Below the pieces are notes generated by a model. The model worked only from the letters and a program-made list of their open reading frames with translations, did no database searches and had not been told where the DNA came from. Position numbers and translations under genes: made by a program. Below, in pieces: positions 12,326 through 24,440 of a stretch of 64,000 nucleotides of DNA (positions within the stretch are counted from its first letter, which is position 1; every line of letters begins with the position of its first letter). The DNA lies in contig NC_045697.1 of NCBI RefSeq assembly GCF_009834535.1, positions 109,184,001 through 109,248,000 on the forward strand, written 5' to 3'. This DNA comes from Camelus ferus (lineage: Eukaryota).

Positions 12326-13184
12326 GCAGCCTGGCAGAGTCTGGAGTCTGGTCTGGGTGCTGGGAACTGGGCCACATCACCTCCCTGGGTCACAGTTTAC
12401 TTATCTATGACGTGAAGACCTCTTAGGTTACATTTGGCTCTAACAGTCTGTGATTCAATGACACAGACTCAAACTGGAGTCTGAAGATGGGATGGGGATA
12501 GCTTCAGAATTTCATGCTTTAAAACAAACAAGCAGAAGAAATGTGGAGAGTTTTTAGAGACTTTCTAGGAAACGGTGCTTAAGCCTCAGGTGAATCTTGA
12601 AAACTTTGAACCGTATCATCCTCATCAAACCTAAAAGGAGCTGGAAGAGCCCTTATCTCATGCTTTGCGGCTAAGGAAGGAATTTTTGTTGGGGCTCGAG
12701 GGACAGCCCGGGACAGAATCTCCTAGAGTTACACGGGACCTAAGATGCCAGCCGGCTGCACCTGAGGGCAGCTCTCCAAATGCTGTCCTGGCTGCCAAGT
12801 CCCTGAAAGGGAAGCGCAGCTCTCCCCAGCCTGGGCCTTTCTTCCCTGAGCTCTGACTGAATTAGAGCCACACCCTGTCTGCCCTCTGTCTCTCTTCTAG
12901 ATCTTAAGAAATGTCCAGAAGGGAAAGACTGAGAAGACAAGCTTTGCCTACACAGGGAAGCTGGTCTAAAGAAAACACAAATTGCCAGAGTTGCCCAGAG
13001 AGGCTGATGGTATTGTGTTTATTGGAACTTTCCAGAAAAAGAGTAGATTCTAATAAAATCCCCTTGCCACAAATTAGTAAAGAAATTTTTTTCTAATATT
13101 AAAAATTCAGATCACGCTTGTGAAACGTGCTTGTTTTTAAAGAGGAAATTGTATATGGTGATAACTCTAATTAAGGATCTATTA

Positions 13185-13270
13185 GGGTGTGGGATAGCTC
13201 AGTGGTAGAGCATATGCTTAGCACGCACGAGATCCTGGGTTCAATCCCCAGTGCCTACATTAAAAAAAAA
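13185..13270 (+). mobile_element. tRNA-derived SINE (short Vic-1-like)
   Basis: gatagctcagtggtagagcatatgcttagcacgcacgagatcctgggttcaatcccc followed by an A tail. Confidence 0.9.
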
Positions 13271-13271
13271 T

Positions 13272-13534
13272 GGATTTATTGCCATATCATAAATATGGTA
13301 AATTTGAATTTCTGAATGAGCAGTATTTTCATGGAAGTATCAGAATTTACTTGTAGGTATTTACAGACACAAATCAGTGCTAACACAGAATGCTAAAAAG
13401 AAAAAAGAATCTATTACCATGTCATAAATAATGATAAATCTGAAATTCAGAATGTTTGAGCAGTATGTTTATGGAAGTATCAGAATTTATTTGTAGGTGT
13501 TTACAGTCACAGATCAATGCTAACACAGAATGCT
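13272..13534 (+). repeat. diverged tandem duplication, 2 x ~125 bp
   Basis: 13272-13394 and 13407-13534 share atggaagtatcagaattta.ttgtaggt.tttacag.cac...tgctaacacagaatgct. Confidence 0.9.
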
Positions 13535-13637
13535 TTCTGTATGAGTGAACACAGAAAACCCCAAAGGTCAAGAAAAATAGTAGGTGTCGCCTACACTCAT
13601 GAGCGAAAGCAAGGTAAGTCCCCCACGAAGGACTTAC

Positions 13638-13749
13638 CTAGGGGGTGGCCGGTACTTGTTTCGTGGCCCTAAGCCCATCCCCCACCTTGAGGCTTTCTTT
13701 GGCTCTTTGAAGATGATGGTCAGTGTGTGAGCTTCCCTGTCCCCGCCCC
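13638..13749 (-). promoter_or_regulatory. candidate alternative promoter and first exon (minus strand)
   Basis: GC box ccccgcccc at 13741-13749, ~100 nt upstream (minus strand) of the consensus donor TAG|GTAAGT (exon end 13638). Confidence 0.35.
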
Positions 13750-14439
13750 ACCCATGGGAGAGGGAGGAGGTGCTTCCTCCTCACCTTGAACCACATGACA
13801 AAGGGAGATTCCAGAAGACCCTTCAGAGAACTTGATACCCATCCTGAAGAGGGTAAGAGCATAAGGACTGGGGTGAGAATAGAGGGAGAGGAAGAAGGAG
13901 GCACTGAGGGTCATTGCTGCCCCCCAGTGGTCGGGGCAAGCCTGAGGGTCCAGTGGGAGCCACTTCAAGAGGCCCTTGTCCAAGAGGGCTGCGTGGAAGA
14001 GGGATTGGGACCTGACAAAGGGAGAGTCTGTGGGAGTTCCCCCCTGAATGATGAGGCACTGACTCTCAGTGACAGCCACATCATGGGAATTTTAACTGGA
14101 CTTCACAACAGAGCAATCTCCAGGGCCCCGCAAATGCCTTTCAGGAGACGAAGTGCCAGTTTCAGGCAGCTGCCAAGTCCCAGGTGTACCAATGTCCTAT
14201 GACATCTGGACTCAAAGACTGTGACCACCTTTCCTCAGTTCTCCCTCTTCAGTGTAACTCTGGAAGGGCGGAAACCTCACAAGTAGTGGGAGGAGGAAGT
14301 AGAACGTAGAAGAAAGAAATCCAGCCTTTCCTCATAGCTCTACTCAGGTTTCCAGGATGAAAAGGAACTGCAGGAGAAGCTCTAAATGAAGTAAGAGCTT
14401 GGCGTTGTCATCATTACGCTGGAAAGGGTGTTTTGGTTT

Positions 14440-14813
14440 TTGTTGTTTTTTTTTAAATTTTTTATTGAACGGTAGTTGTTTTACAATATTAGTTTCAGGT
14501 GTACAGCAAAGTGATTCAGTTATGCGTATACATTCACATATATTTTCTTCTCAGATTCTTTTCCATTATATGTTATTACGAGAAACTGAATATAGTTCCC
14601 TGTGCTATACAGTAGGTCCTTGTGATTTATCTATTTTGTATATAGTAATATGTGTCTGTTAATCCCCAACCCCTAATTTATCCCTCCCCAGCTTTTCCTC
14701 TTTGGTATCCATAGTTTGTTTTCTATGTCTGTGAGTCTGTTTTTGGTTTGTAAATAGAATTTGTATCAATTTTTTTTAGAGTCCACATATAAGTGATATC
14801 ATATGATATTTGT
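14440..14813 (-). mobile_element. L1 3' UTR fragment
   Basis: gtacagcaaagtgattcagttat...aatatagttccctgtgctatacagtaggtcc. Near-TSD ctggaaagggtgtttt / ctggaaagaatgtttt. Confidence 0.9.
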
Positions 14814-14829
14814 CTGGAAAGAATGTTTT

Positions 14830-15995
14830 TAAAATCACCTTTATTAAGAGGTCTAACTTACATCCAATAAACTGCACCCATTTTCGGTGCACAGTTCAGT
14901 GAGTTTTGATAAATGGATACCCCTGCATAAGCACCACGCCATCAAGGCACAATATTTCCACCATCTCCAAAAGTTCCCTGTGTCCCTTCCAGCCATTTTC
15001 CATCTCCTTCCAGCCCCAGGGAACCACTGGTCTTCTACCTTTTGCCACCGCTGTTCAACTTGCACTTTGTAGAATTTCATTCAAATGGAGTCCTATAGTA
15101 TGTACTCCCAGTGTGTCTGGCTTCATTCACTCAGTGTAATGCTTTAGAGATTCATCCATGTTGTGTGTATCAGTAGTTTGTTCCTTCTTATTGCTGAGTA
15201 ATGCTTTATTGAATGGATATACCATAGTTTACTTTCCATTCTCCTAATGCTGGACATTTGGGTTTTTCTCCCGGATTTGGACTATTATTAATACAGAATA
15301 ATATTCTTTTCACAAGTCTTCATTAGACATGTGTTCATTTCTTCTAGGTAATTACCCAGGGCTGGAAATTGTTTGGTTGTATGGTACTTGTGTGTTTACC
15401 TGTATAATGAATTGTCAAAGTGTTTTCCTTTAGTGGTTGTTCCATTCTATATTCCCACAAACAATATATGAGAATTAGCAACTGTATCTGACAAAGACCT
15501 TGTGTCCAGACTATATGAAGAAACATACAGCTCAATAATCAGAAAACAAAATAACTCATGTTATTTGAATGTATGAGAGTTCCAGTTGCTCCACATCTTT
15601 GACAACTTTTGGTAATATCAGATGTTTTCATTTTAGCTATCCTATTGTGGTACAATGGTACCTCATTGCAGTTTCAATGTTCATTTTCTGGATGACTAAT
15701 GATATTAAGCATCTTATGTGCTTATTAGCCATTCATATTTTTTTTGGTCCATGCCTGTTCACATGTTTTGTCCTTTTTTTTTAGTGAGTTATTTGTTTTT
15801 TGGTTATTGAGCTGTATTCTTCACATAGTCTGGACACAAATTCTTTATCAGATATAGTTGCTAATATTTTCTTCCAGCCTGTGATTTGCCTTTTCATTTT
15901 CTTAATAGTGTCTTGTGGAGAACAGATGTTTTTAAACTTTGATAAAGTTCTATTTATCAATTTTTCCCTGTTATCACCCCCATTTTTTGTTTTAT
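14830..15995 (-). mobile_element. old L1 (L1MC/MD-like 3' end plus ORF2 remnant)
   Basis: cacagttcagtgagttttgataaatg...catctccaaaagttccc...tggtacctcattgcagtttc...gatgactaatgatattaagcatctt. Confidence 0.8.
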
Positions 15996-16684
15996 AAGAT
16001 AATCAAATGACTGAAATAAGATCTTCTTGGTATTGAAAATGCTCAGAAGACTTTTATTTTTTATATTTATATTTATATTTTTAATTTTGGGGTAAAAATA
16101 TATATCTGTATATTTTTTAAAGTTTCATGTGTACAACATTGTATTTCTAATGACAATTCATACAGTTGTGAGGCTGGAGGAAATAATGCTTAGTGCTCTT
16201 AGGACTGTGTGACACACAGTAGGGCCTCTATAGATATGGACTATTGTTAGAAGATTTTAATTACCTGAATGTGACTGGAAAAGTTATTGGAGAGGACATG
16301 CCAGCGATTCCATCCAAAGGCTAAGAAAGACCAGCTCCCTTTGGGGCTACCTCTGTGTCATGGGCCATCCCAAAGAAGGAGAAATCACTATAAATTGGAC
16401 AGCCACCATCAAATGAATGTCTAAAACACAATAATGAGGAACATGGGTACCTTTAAACTTGAGCAATTTAAAATCAATTTAAAATTGCGTAATTATACAA
16501 CTGATTTAGCGTACCACAGAGATTCAGTGGAACTCAAATAAGCTATGCTTGGAGAAATGTACTGAGATTTTAGGCTATTAGGTAGAATTCTAGGGAGATG
16601 TTAGCTAAGCTTCCTACTTTTTGTAGTTTTTTGTTTTGTTTTTTAACAACTGATTGCTTTATGATAATATAGTTCTAGAAACTT

Positions 16685-17010
16685 TTTTAAAATCTATTTT
16701 TATATTAGTGGCTAACATTTGTAAATCTCAAACTCCCAAATTTATCCCTTTCCCACCCCTTCCCCCTGGTAACTGTTAAAGATTGTTTACTATGTCTGTG
16801 AGTCTGTTTCTGTTTTGCAGATGAGTTCATAGTGTCCTTTTTTTTTTTTTTTAAGATTCCATATAGTATTTTTCTTTCTCTTTCTGGCTTACTTCACTTA
16901 GAATGATGATCTCTAGGTCCATCCATGTTGCTACAAATGGCATTATTTTATTCTTTTTTATGGCTGAGTAGTATTCCATTGTGTATATATATCACATCTT
17001 CTTTATCCAG
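16685..17010 (-). mobile_element. L1 3' fragment
   Basis: ttctctttctggcttacttcacttagaatgatgatctctaggtccatccatgttgctacaaatggc. Confidence 0.9.
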
Positions 17011-19297
17011 TTCAGCAAATCTCTTCTTGATCTTCACCAACTAACTGAAAGCCTTCATGGTGTTAAAGGTCATCATGCTTTAGCTCAGTGGGCTAAGCAA
17101 TGGCAAATGGGCCCAAGGCCTTTGCTTGGTCCACCATGTAAGTCAACATACTGGTCTTTTCTGTGGCTATGGCCTAACTTCAGGCATCATTTTGCAAAGT
17201 GGGTCATTGGTACTATGGGGACAGAACAAAGACTTTAGGAGGCTTGTGAAAATCTACCAGCATGGTTGGAAAAGGAAAAGTACATTCATGCTGATGTATA
17301 GTTAACAGAGTCTTCTTCACCGCTCAACTTCATATGAAACCTGACTTTAAGCCCTACTATTGGTGTCTTTCTCAGAAAAGTACAAAGAAGTCATATAGGA
17401 TAGTAAATATGGAACATCCACATAATTACTTATAAATAGCCTCTCCTACAAAGAACATATGTATTTGAGGATGATGAAAGTCTAGTGGAACGTGTTTAGA
17501 AATTTTCACTTCTTTAACAGGTGGTGGGTAGACCAAAGAACGAATGATTCTGATCCATAATTGACAATGCATTGAGGAACAGCTAAGCAGAACAAAATCA
17601 AAAGTCTTGTCAAGTTAAGAGAAGATTGTTTCTCTCATTCCTTCTATCTACAAAGTCCTTCGATGTCACTGATGGTTAAATCTTTGACTTCTTCCCTTTA
17701 TTAAGCCATGTTGCCTGTGCATAACTTTTATTGCCCTAAAAAAGAAAGTAAAGGATTTGTCCTTAGAAGTGTATAATTTTCAGAATCTTCTGAGAAGACT
17801 TAAGGGTCTAACCATTCATCTGTATATTATCCAAAGGGCCTCTATTCTGACTTCACTCAATTCCATTAATCATAGGCTCTCCCAACATGAGAACCTAGTT
17901 TTATGTGTGTATCACTTTAAAAAAATATATCAGTAAACAATTTAATATTTTTGCTTCAGTACAGTGTTTTGTGTGCTGGCAAATCAGGGGCTTGATAATT
18001 GGATGCTATGGGTTGTTAAACTAAATCAGTTAATTGGGGCTTCAGCTCTGAGGAGGGTTGAGTGAAGCTCTGCTGATGGGTAATTGAAGCTTCAGGTTGC
18101 CAAGAGGTGGGTGACTAAGAGGTAGCTGTTTCGGATCAAGAGTAAATTTTTAATTGTGTGATGAGCGTTCTCAAAGGGCATATAGCAATTTTCTGAATTG
18201 CATAATCTAATGGTTTGAAATTTAGAAAGTGATGATGTCACCTCCCGGTCTTTGAAAAGAACATACGTCTCCCCCTGTAATTATTTTGTGTATTATGTTT
18301 AATAACAGCAACAGGCCAATGCCAAGAGATACTGTGGTCAGGAAAGAGACAGGCCTCTGGGGGGGTGTGGGACAGCGTGGTCGGAGACTTTCAGTCCTGT
18401 GTGGTTGTGTTTTCTTGATGAAATTCCTGGCAAAATCTTCTTTCTGTGCTTTCGAAGCCTCCTTCTTCTTGTTCTTAGTTCATTTCCTGTTCCAAGTTTC
18501 CAAGAGGCTTACCTGTGCTAAGATGAACTGAGTTCAAATATAGTCCTTCCCAGAGTAAAACTTGTGAATTACTCTCTTCTTCATTGGTGTTTAAGAAACC
18601 ATGTGAAGAAAGAAACAGTAAACTCTCAAGAGAATGTCACATTGGCTGTAGGTCGTTACACTAAGAGTTTACAGAGAGTAGGAATTATGTCTACTAATAC
18701 TATGGAGAGGCAGAGAATTTGAGATCTACTCAGGAAAAATTAATCGGAGATCGATTTCTTAATTTTTGATGTATAGCACAGTAGAAAGAACACTGGTCTT
18801 GGAGTTAAGAGATGTGAATCTTGCTGCTATTTTGCTATGTAACTCTGGGCATGTCACTCAGTTTTGTGCAAGGCATTGGATTTCCCATCAGAAAAATGAG
18901 AGTATCTGGTCAGCTTACTTAGAAAACCACTCCGGGTCTAAAGTTCTATGGCTGTTTTCTGAAAATGAAACTTTTTGAGTAAGCCTTTGATAGCCGGTTT
19001 TGTATTTTCCCTGGTTTGTGTCTTTATCCCATTAGAAAGAGAGCCTAGCTGCCTTTTTTCTTTTTTTGACTTCTAAATAATTATACATTTAAGTCATTTA
19101 TTTATTTTTCCCTCTGCACTGGGGATGGATTCAGTTCTTCACACGCCTCTGTTCGGGGAGCAGCTGGTGGAAGGAAAGAGCCTGCTTCGTTGCCTATGGG
19201 CTGGGTGCCTTTGGGAAGGTAGTTAAACTCTCTGAGTCTCAGCTTCTGTCTCAGTAAAATGAGAATAATAATTTCCACCCCCTCAACTTCAAGTGGT

Positions 19298-19632
19298 GTT
19301 TTTTTTTAATTGAAGTATAGTTCATTTACAATGTTGTGTTAGTTTCTGATGTACAGCAAAGTGATTCAGTTATACATTTATATATATTCTTTTTCATTAC
19401 AGGTTATTACAAGTTATTGAATATAGTTCCCTGTGCTGTACAGCAGGGCCTTGTGGTTATCTATCTCATATATAGTAGTTTGTATCTGCTAATCCCAAAC
19501 TCCTAATTTATCCCTCCCTTTGCCCTTCCCTTTTGGCAACCATAAGTTTGTTTTCTATGTCTGTGAGTCTCTTTCTGTTTTGTAAATAAGTTCATTTGTA
19601 TCATTCTTTAGATTTCGCGTATAAGTGATACC
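19298..19632 (-). mobile_element. L1 3' UTR fragment
   Basis: ttttaattgaagtatagttcatttacaatgttgtgttagtttctgatgtacagcaaagtgattcag. Confidence 0.9.
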
Positions 19633-19979
19633 TGATTTTGAAAAGTAAGTGAGATCAAGACTGGGATGACTTACCAGGTCACAGCCACTTACCAAACATT
19701 AATTCTCTCACCCTGCCTGCCATGTTCCTTTCCCCTTTGGATGGTCCTGTTCTTTCTCACCTTTGATAGAGAAGGTGGAAGTGGGTCTCCTGGTGCCCAC
19801 TGCCCCCTAGTATCTGGCATTTAATAGATGCTGAACAATGCACAAATACTGAATGAATGAGTACATGAATAAATCTTAAAAAAAAATCTTCAGTAAATTC
19901 CTGGGATGACCTTTCGAGGAAGGTTCCTGTTGAACCCAGAAGATACTGAAGCTTAATCACACACACACACACACACAAC

Positions 19980-21000
19980 TAAACATTTTAAAGTGAACAA
20001 TTCAGTGACATATGTACATTCGCAATGTTAGGCAACCACCACCTCTATCTAAGTTCCAAAATAAACCTTGCATCCAATAAGTGGTTTCTCATTCCTGCCA
20101 CCCTACTCCAGTCCCTGGCAACCACCCGTCTGCCTTCTGTCTCTACGGACTTATTGATTCTGGACATTTCATATAAATGGAATCATGTGATATATGACCT
20201 TTTCTGTCTGTCCTCTTTCATTTAGTATAATGTTTTTGAGGGTCATCCACTTTGTAGTCTATATATCAATACCTTATTCCTTTTTGTGGCTGGACACTAT
20301 TCCGTCGTATGTATATATCACAATTTATTCATCCATTAATCTGTTCACGGGCATTTAGGATGTCTCTACCCTTTGACTATCATGAAAAATGCTGCTGTGA
20401 CTATGAGTATGCATGAATTTGTCTGAGTGCCTCTTTTCAGCTCTTTTGGTTACATACCCCCGAGTGGAATTGCTGGCTCAACAGTTCTATGCTTGACTTT
20501 TTGAAGAACTGCAGGACTGTTTTCCAGAGCCGCTGAACTGTTTTAAATTCCCACGAGCAATGTACGAAGCTTCCAGTTCTTCCTTATCCTCCTCAACACT
20601 TGTTACTTTCTTTTTTTTTTTTTTAAGCCATCCTAATGGTTGTGAAGTGGTACTTCACTGGGTTTTGATTTGAATTTCACTAGTGACTAATGACGTTGAG
20701 CATCTTTTCATGTGCTTGCTGGCCATTTGTATATCATTTTTAGGGCAATTTCTATTCAAGCCCTTTGCCCATTTTTAAATTGGGTTATTTGTCTTTTTGC
20801 TGTTGAGCTGTAAGAGTTTATTATATATTCTGCATATTAAACCTTTATCAGACATATGATTTATAAATATTTTTTCTGTCCTGTAGGTTACTTTTTCACT
20901 TTCTTGATAACGAACTTTGATACAAAAAAGTTTTTAATTTTAATGAAATCTAGTTTACCTATTTTTTCTTTGATTCAGCTTTTGGTGTTCTGAAGCTTTT
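19980..21000 (-). mobile_element. old L1 (L1MB-like) 3' portion
   Basis: ttctggacatttcatataaatggaatcat...gactaatgacgttgagcatcttttcatgtgcttgctggccatttgtatatc. Confidence 0.85.
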
Positions 21001-22169
21001 TTAAAATGACAGGTTCTTTAGGCTTTAGAGGAAAACTAGACATTTTCCAGAAGGTAACCCGTACTTTAAAATCAGATATAACAGCATCTCTGGAATCACT
21101 AGAAAAACAGAAGGGCCAGAATGTGCCTCAAGCACTATTTAGAAGAGCTACCAGAGGAATCTTACTTTAATACAAAGTAAACATCAGTGTCAGAATCATA
21201 AATATTTTAAAACTGCTGTAGATTAGAAGGGACAGTGTCTATGGATTATCATTTTTATAATCCAAGTCAGAAGGGCTTGATACAGAGTTTGTGGGAAATG
21301 ATTATATTTCAACATTTTCCTGTTTCTCTGCTAGTTAATTTTGATAGCCACCGTGCTTCCCTTTATAAACAACGAGTCTACTCCAAATTGTAATGAGTGT
21401 ACTTTTCTCAACGTTTGTATGCCTGTAATTTACACAATGCCACAAATCATCCAAATAGCTCTTAATTTTATCTTTACCTCAGTGTATTATTTAGAAATCA
21501 TATAAAGAAAGAAAAAGCCACAGTTCATTTCCTTTATTTCTTGATTCTTGGTTATTATCACGGTATTGAAAACTTAAGCTGACCTCGTAGCTTTAAAAGC
21601 AGAATTTAGTTTAAGTTCATAAGAGAGAAAAAAAGCCACAGCTGTCCTGCCTTCTCCCAGGTGCACTGAACTAATTTCTGCATAGGTATGATCAGATAAA
21701 TGAGCATTTAAAAAATGAATGTGAGTCATTTATATTTGGGAAATAAAATAAGCCTGTTTCTTTAGGTTCTGAAGATATACCTATCAAATCAAGCATTTTC
21801 CCTCTAGATGTAGTGAGTATTTCTCAATAGATACTATGTCCAACAAAATAAGCGTGCCATAAAAGCATCTTCCTTGGACTTTGTTCTTTGAAAAACTCCT
21901 TTCCCCATTGATTCATTACCCCAGTGAATACTACATTTATTAACCGGGAGAGATCAAAGATGGTTAATGCAACACAAATGTTCGTGACTTCTAAAAATCT
22001 ATATAATTATGGGCAAGGCATACAAGCTCTTCCTGGAAAATGATTTTCTGCAGGCAGCGATTAAACTTTTCAACTTGGACCCATTTCATGCTGCAGGGCT
22101 GCCCTTCCTATTCAGCGCTGTTCCCTCTCTGTCTCTCCTCCAGACTGAAACACAATCTCTAAGCTAACA

Positions 22170-22402
22170 GAGCCCGAGGAGGCTGATCATTGGCTCCCAT
22201 TGTCCCCCGCTGCAGCCCCGCCCCCTTGGCTCGCGCTGACTAGCTGTTTATATTTTCCTAAGGGCCACCCTTTAACTCGGCAGCCTGCTGACTATAATGG
22301 GCTGGATTGTCCGTGGGCTTCAGGGAGCTGAGTCCCCACATCCGAGGAGGCTGGGGCCCGGCTCTGATGCGCGGGAGCGGCCGGTATGGAACACCGGTAA
22401 GG
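22170..22402 (+). promoter_or_regulatory. candidate promoter and short first exon
   Basis: Inverted CCAAT (attgg 22189), GC box at 22216-22224, forkhead-like tgttta at 22245, local CpG enrichment, donor CCG|GTAAGG at 22396/22397. Confidence 0.5.
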
Positions 22403-24269
22403 GCACTTCCAAGTGTCAGGCGATGCTTTTCCTGGGCTAGCTGGTTAATTAATCCTGGGCGGTGCTTGGGGGAGAAACAAGTTGTGGTTGAGTTGCTGGC
22501 TTTTTCCTGGTTTTGATTTTCTGCCTTCTAAAGATGGAAGGAAAAGATGGGTTCTCTGGATTTGCTGACCAAGGGATGCCTGTCGATCCAGGCGGGAAAG
22601 GGGCAGGGAAGCAAAAAATCAGGGGAGAGACGCTAAGCACCATGGAAGAGGCCAAGTGTATGTACGGCTACCTCGGTGATGTTGTGAGACTCAAAGGCGG
22701 TTTTACTTTCTAACTTAGCTGCTCACAGTCAGGAGTTTAGCTCTGCCACCGCCGGGTTTCTGTAAGCCAGCTGTTAGCTGATGTCACTCGGTCAACCCCT
22801 CTTGAAAGGGTGTAATATCTGCTCGTGTTTTCAAAGGGCAAACCGTAGTGGTCTTGTATGTCATAAATAGTTCTATTCAAAAATGTGGGAACTGTTGAGA
22901 GCTGCAGGCTGTAAAGTTTTACTGCCCCATAAAAGTGCTCAAAGGGCACTGTGGCCCGCTGCACTGGGGCTCAGGAATGAAGGAAAGCCCCAGAGGGCAG
23001 AGCACTTGTCCTTGACTACCCAAGGGAGAAGCCCTCGGAGCCAGAGGACAGCGTGTGAGAGATGGGGTGAGCCCTGAAATGGGCTTCCCACCCCCTCCCC
23101 CAGGGATTCTGTCTGGTTTCCTGTGAGTGAATGAGCAAGATGGAGAACCCGTGTTTGGTGCCTGATTTTATCATCCCATGTGCCCTCTTTGGCCAAGCAA
23201 GACACCTCTCCTAGGGCAGAGGGGCAAGGGAGGAGGTGTGCTCTGTCTGGTTGCTTGGCTGCAAGTAGGGGCTAGGGGATAGACCGTCCAAAGCCCTGAG
23301 AATTGCTTTGGGAATTCTCGTCTCCTGCTGAAGAGAAAATCACTTTGATCGGAGGATTTTGCCCTTTCCTTTCTGATGAGCTTCATGGGGTGAAGTCAGC
23401 CCACTCAGTCTGTGTTTGATATAGACAAGAGCCTGAAAAACCAAAGAGATGTGACTTCATTTTTAGATAAAGCAAAGAGTGAATCATGGGGCTTTAATAC
23501 ATCAAGTGTTTTATAAATCTCCCAGCCTGGCCTAATCCCCAGACTTTGTATTTATTATCTTGACACAGGATGTTTAAAGCCAACACAGTTTGGGGCTCCT
23601 GGAGGAATTAAATCAGATGCAAATGTTATTATTATTTTTTTAATGAGTTTGACCCAAAGGATCATGAATGCTTCAGAGCAGTGTATGAAAACACCAGGTG
23701 GTTCCAAGTGAGGCCAAGTTCTCCTTCAGTGATATGAGAGCCTGGGAAAGGGGCATGAGTTGCCTTATGGTGTAATCTTGATCAGGAACAGAACTTTTGG
23801 TCCTGCCAGTGCTGCCAGGTGAAGTGGAGGCTCAGCGGGGAGAGTACATCACCTCGCCCTCCGGCTTCAGGCCTTCCAAATGCCAGCTTCCTTCAAGTCA
23901 CTGCGTTTTTACCTTTCCACCTGACAAGCACCACTGGAAGATGGCGAGATGAGAAAGAACAAAAAGGAGGCCAGTGAGAGCAGATGGGGTCAATTCCAGG
24001 AGACTGCACAAGGCACAAAGCCAGCTCTTGCCTGGCTGCCTTTATCAGAACGGTGGGCACACCAGCTCCTGGAAATTCAGGCACTTACAGCATCATTTTC
24101 AGACACAGAATTTATACAAACTCATGCTAAAGTAGGAGATTTGCAATAAAAAGTAATATTTCTCTAGAGCACTTAAATACTGAGGACTGTTCTCATGGGC
24201 TTATGAAACCAAAGAAACAAGCATGTATGGATGAAATACTGTGACAATGACAAATACTACTGGGAATGA

Positions 24270-24440
24270 TAGGTATCCTTTATTGAGCACTTACTGTGTG
24301 CCAGGCCTTTACATGTATTTTCTCACTCAGTCCTCACTAACCCTTTGAAGAACAGTTATTGTCCTCATTTTACACAAAAGGGAACTGGGGCACAGAGAGG
24401 TTAAGTAACTTGTGCAAAGTCACACAGCTAATAAGTGACC
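24270..24440. mobile_element. MIR SINE
   Basis: tttattgagcacttactgtgtgccaggc...cattttacac...ggaactggggcacagagaggttaagtaacttg. Confidence 0.8.

Noticed and set aside
16260..17760. Possible processed pseudogene or ancient transposon coding remnant
   Set aside because: Hand translation gave stop-interrupted peptides with no motif I can confidently assign; needs tblastx or Dfam.
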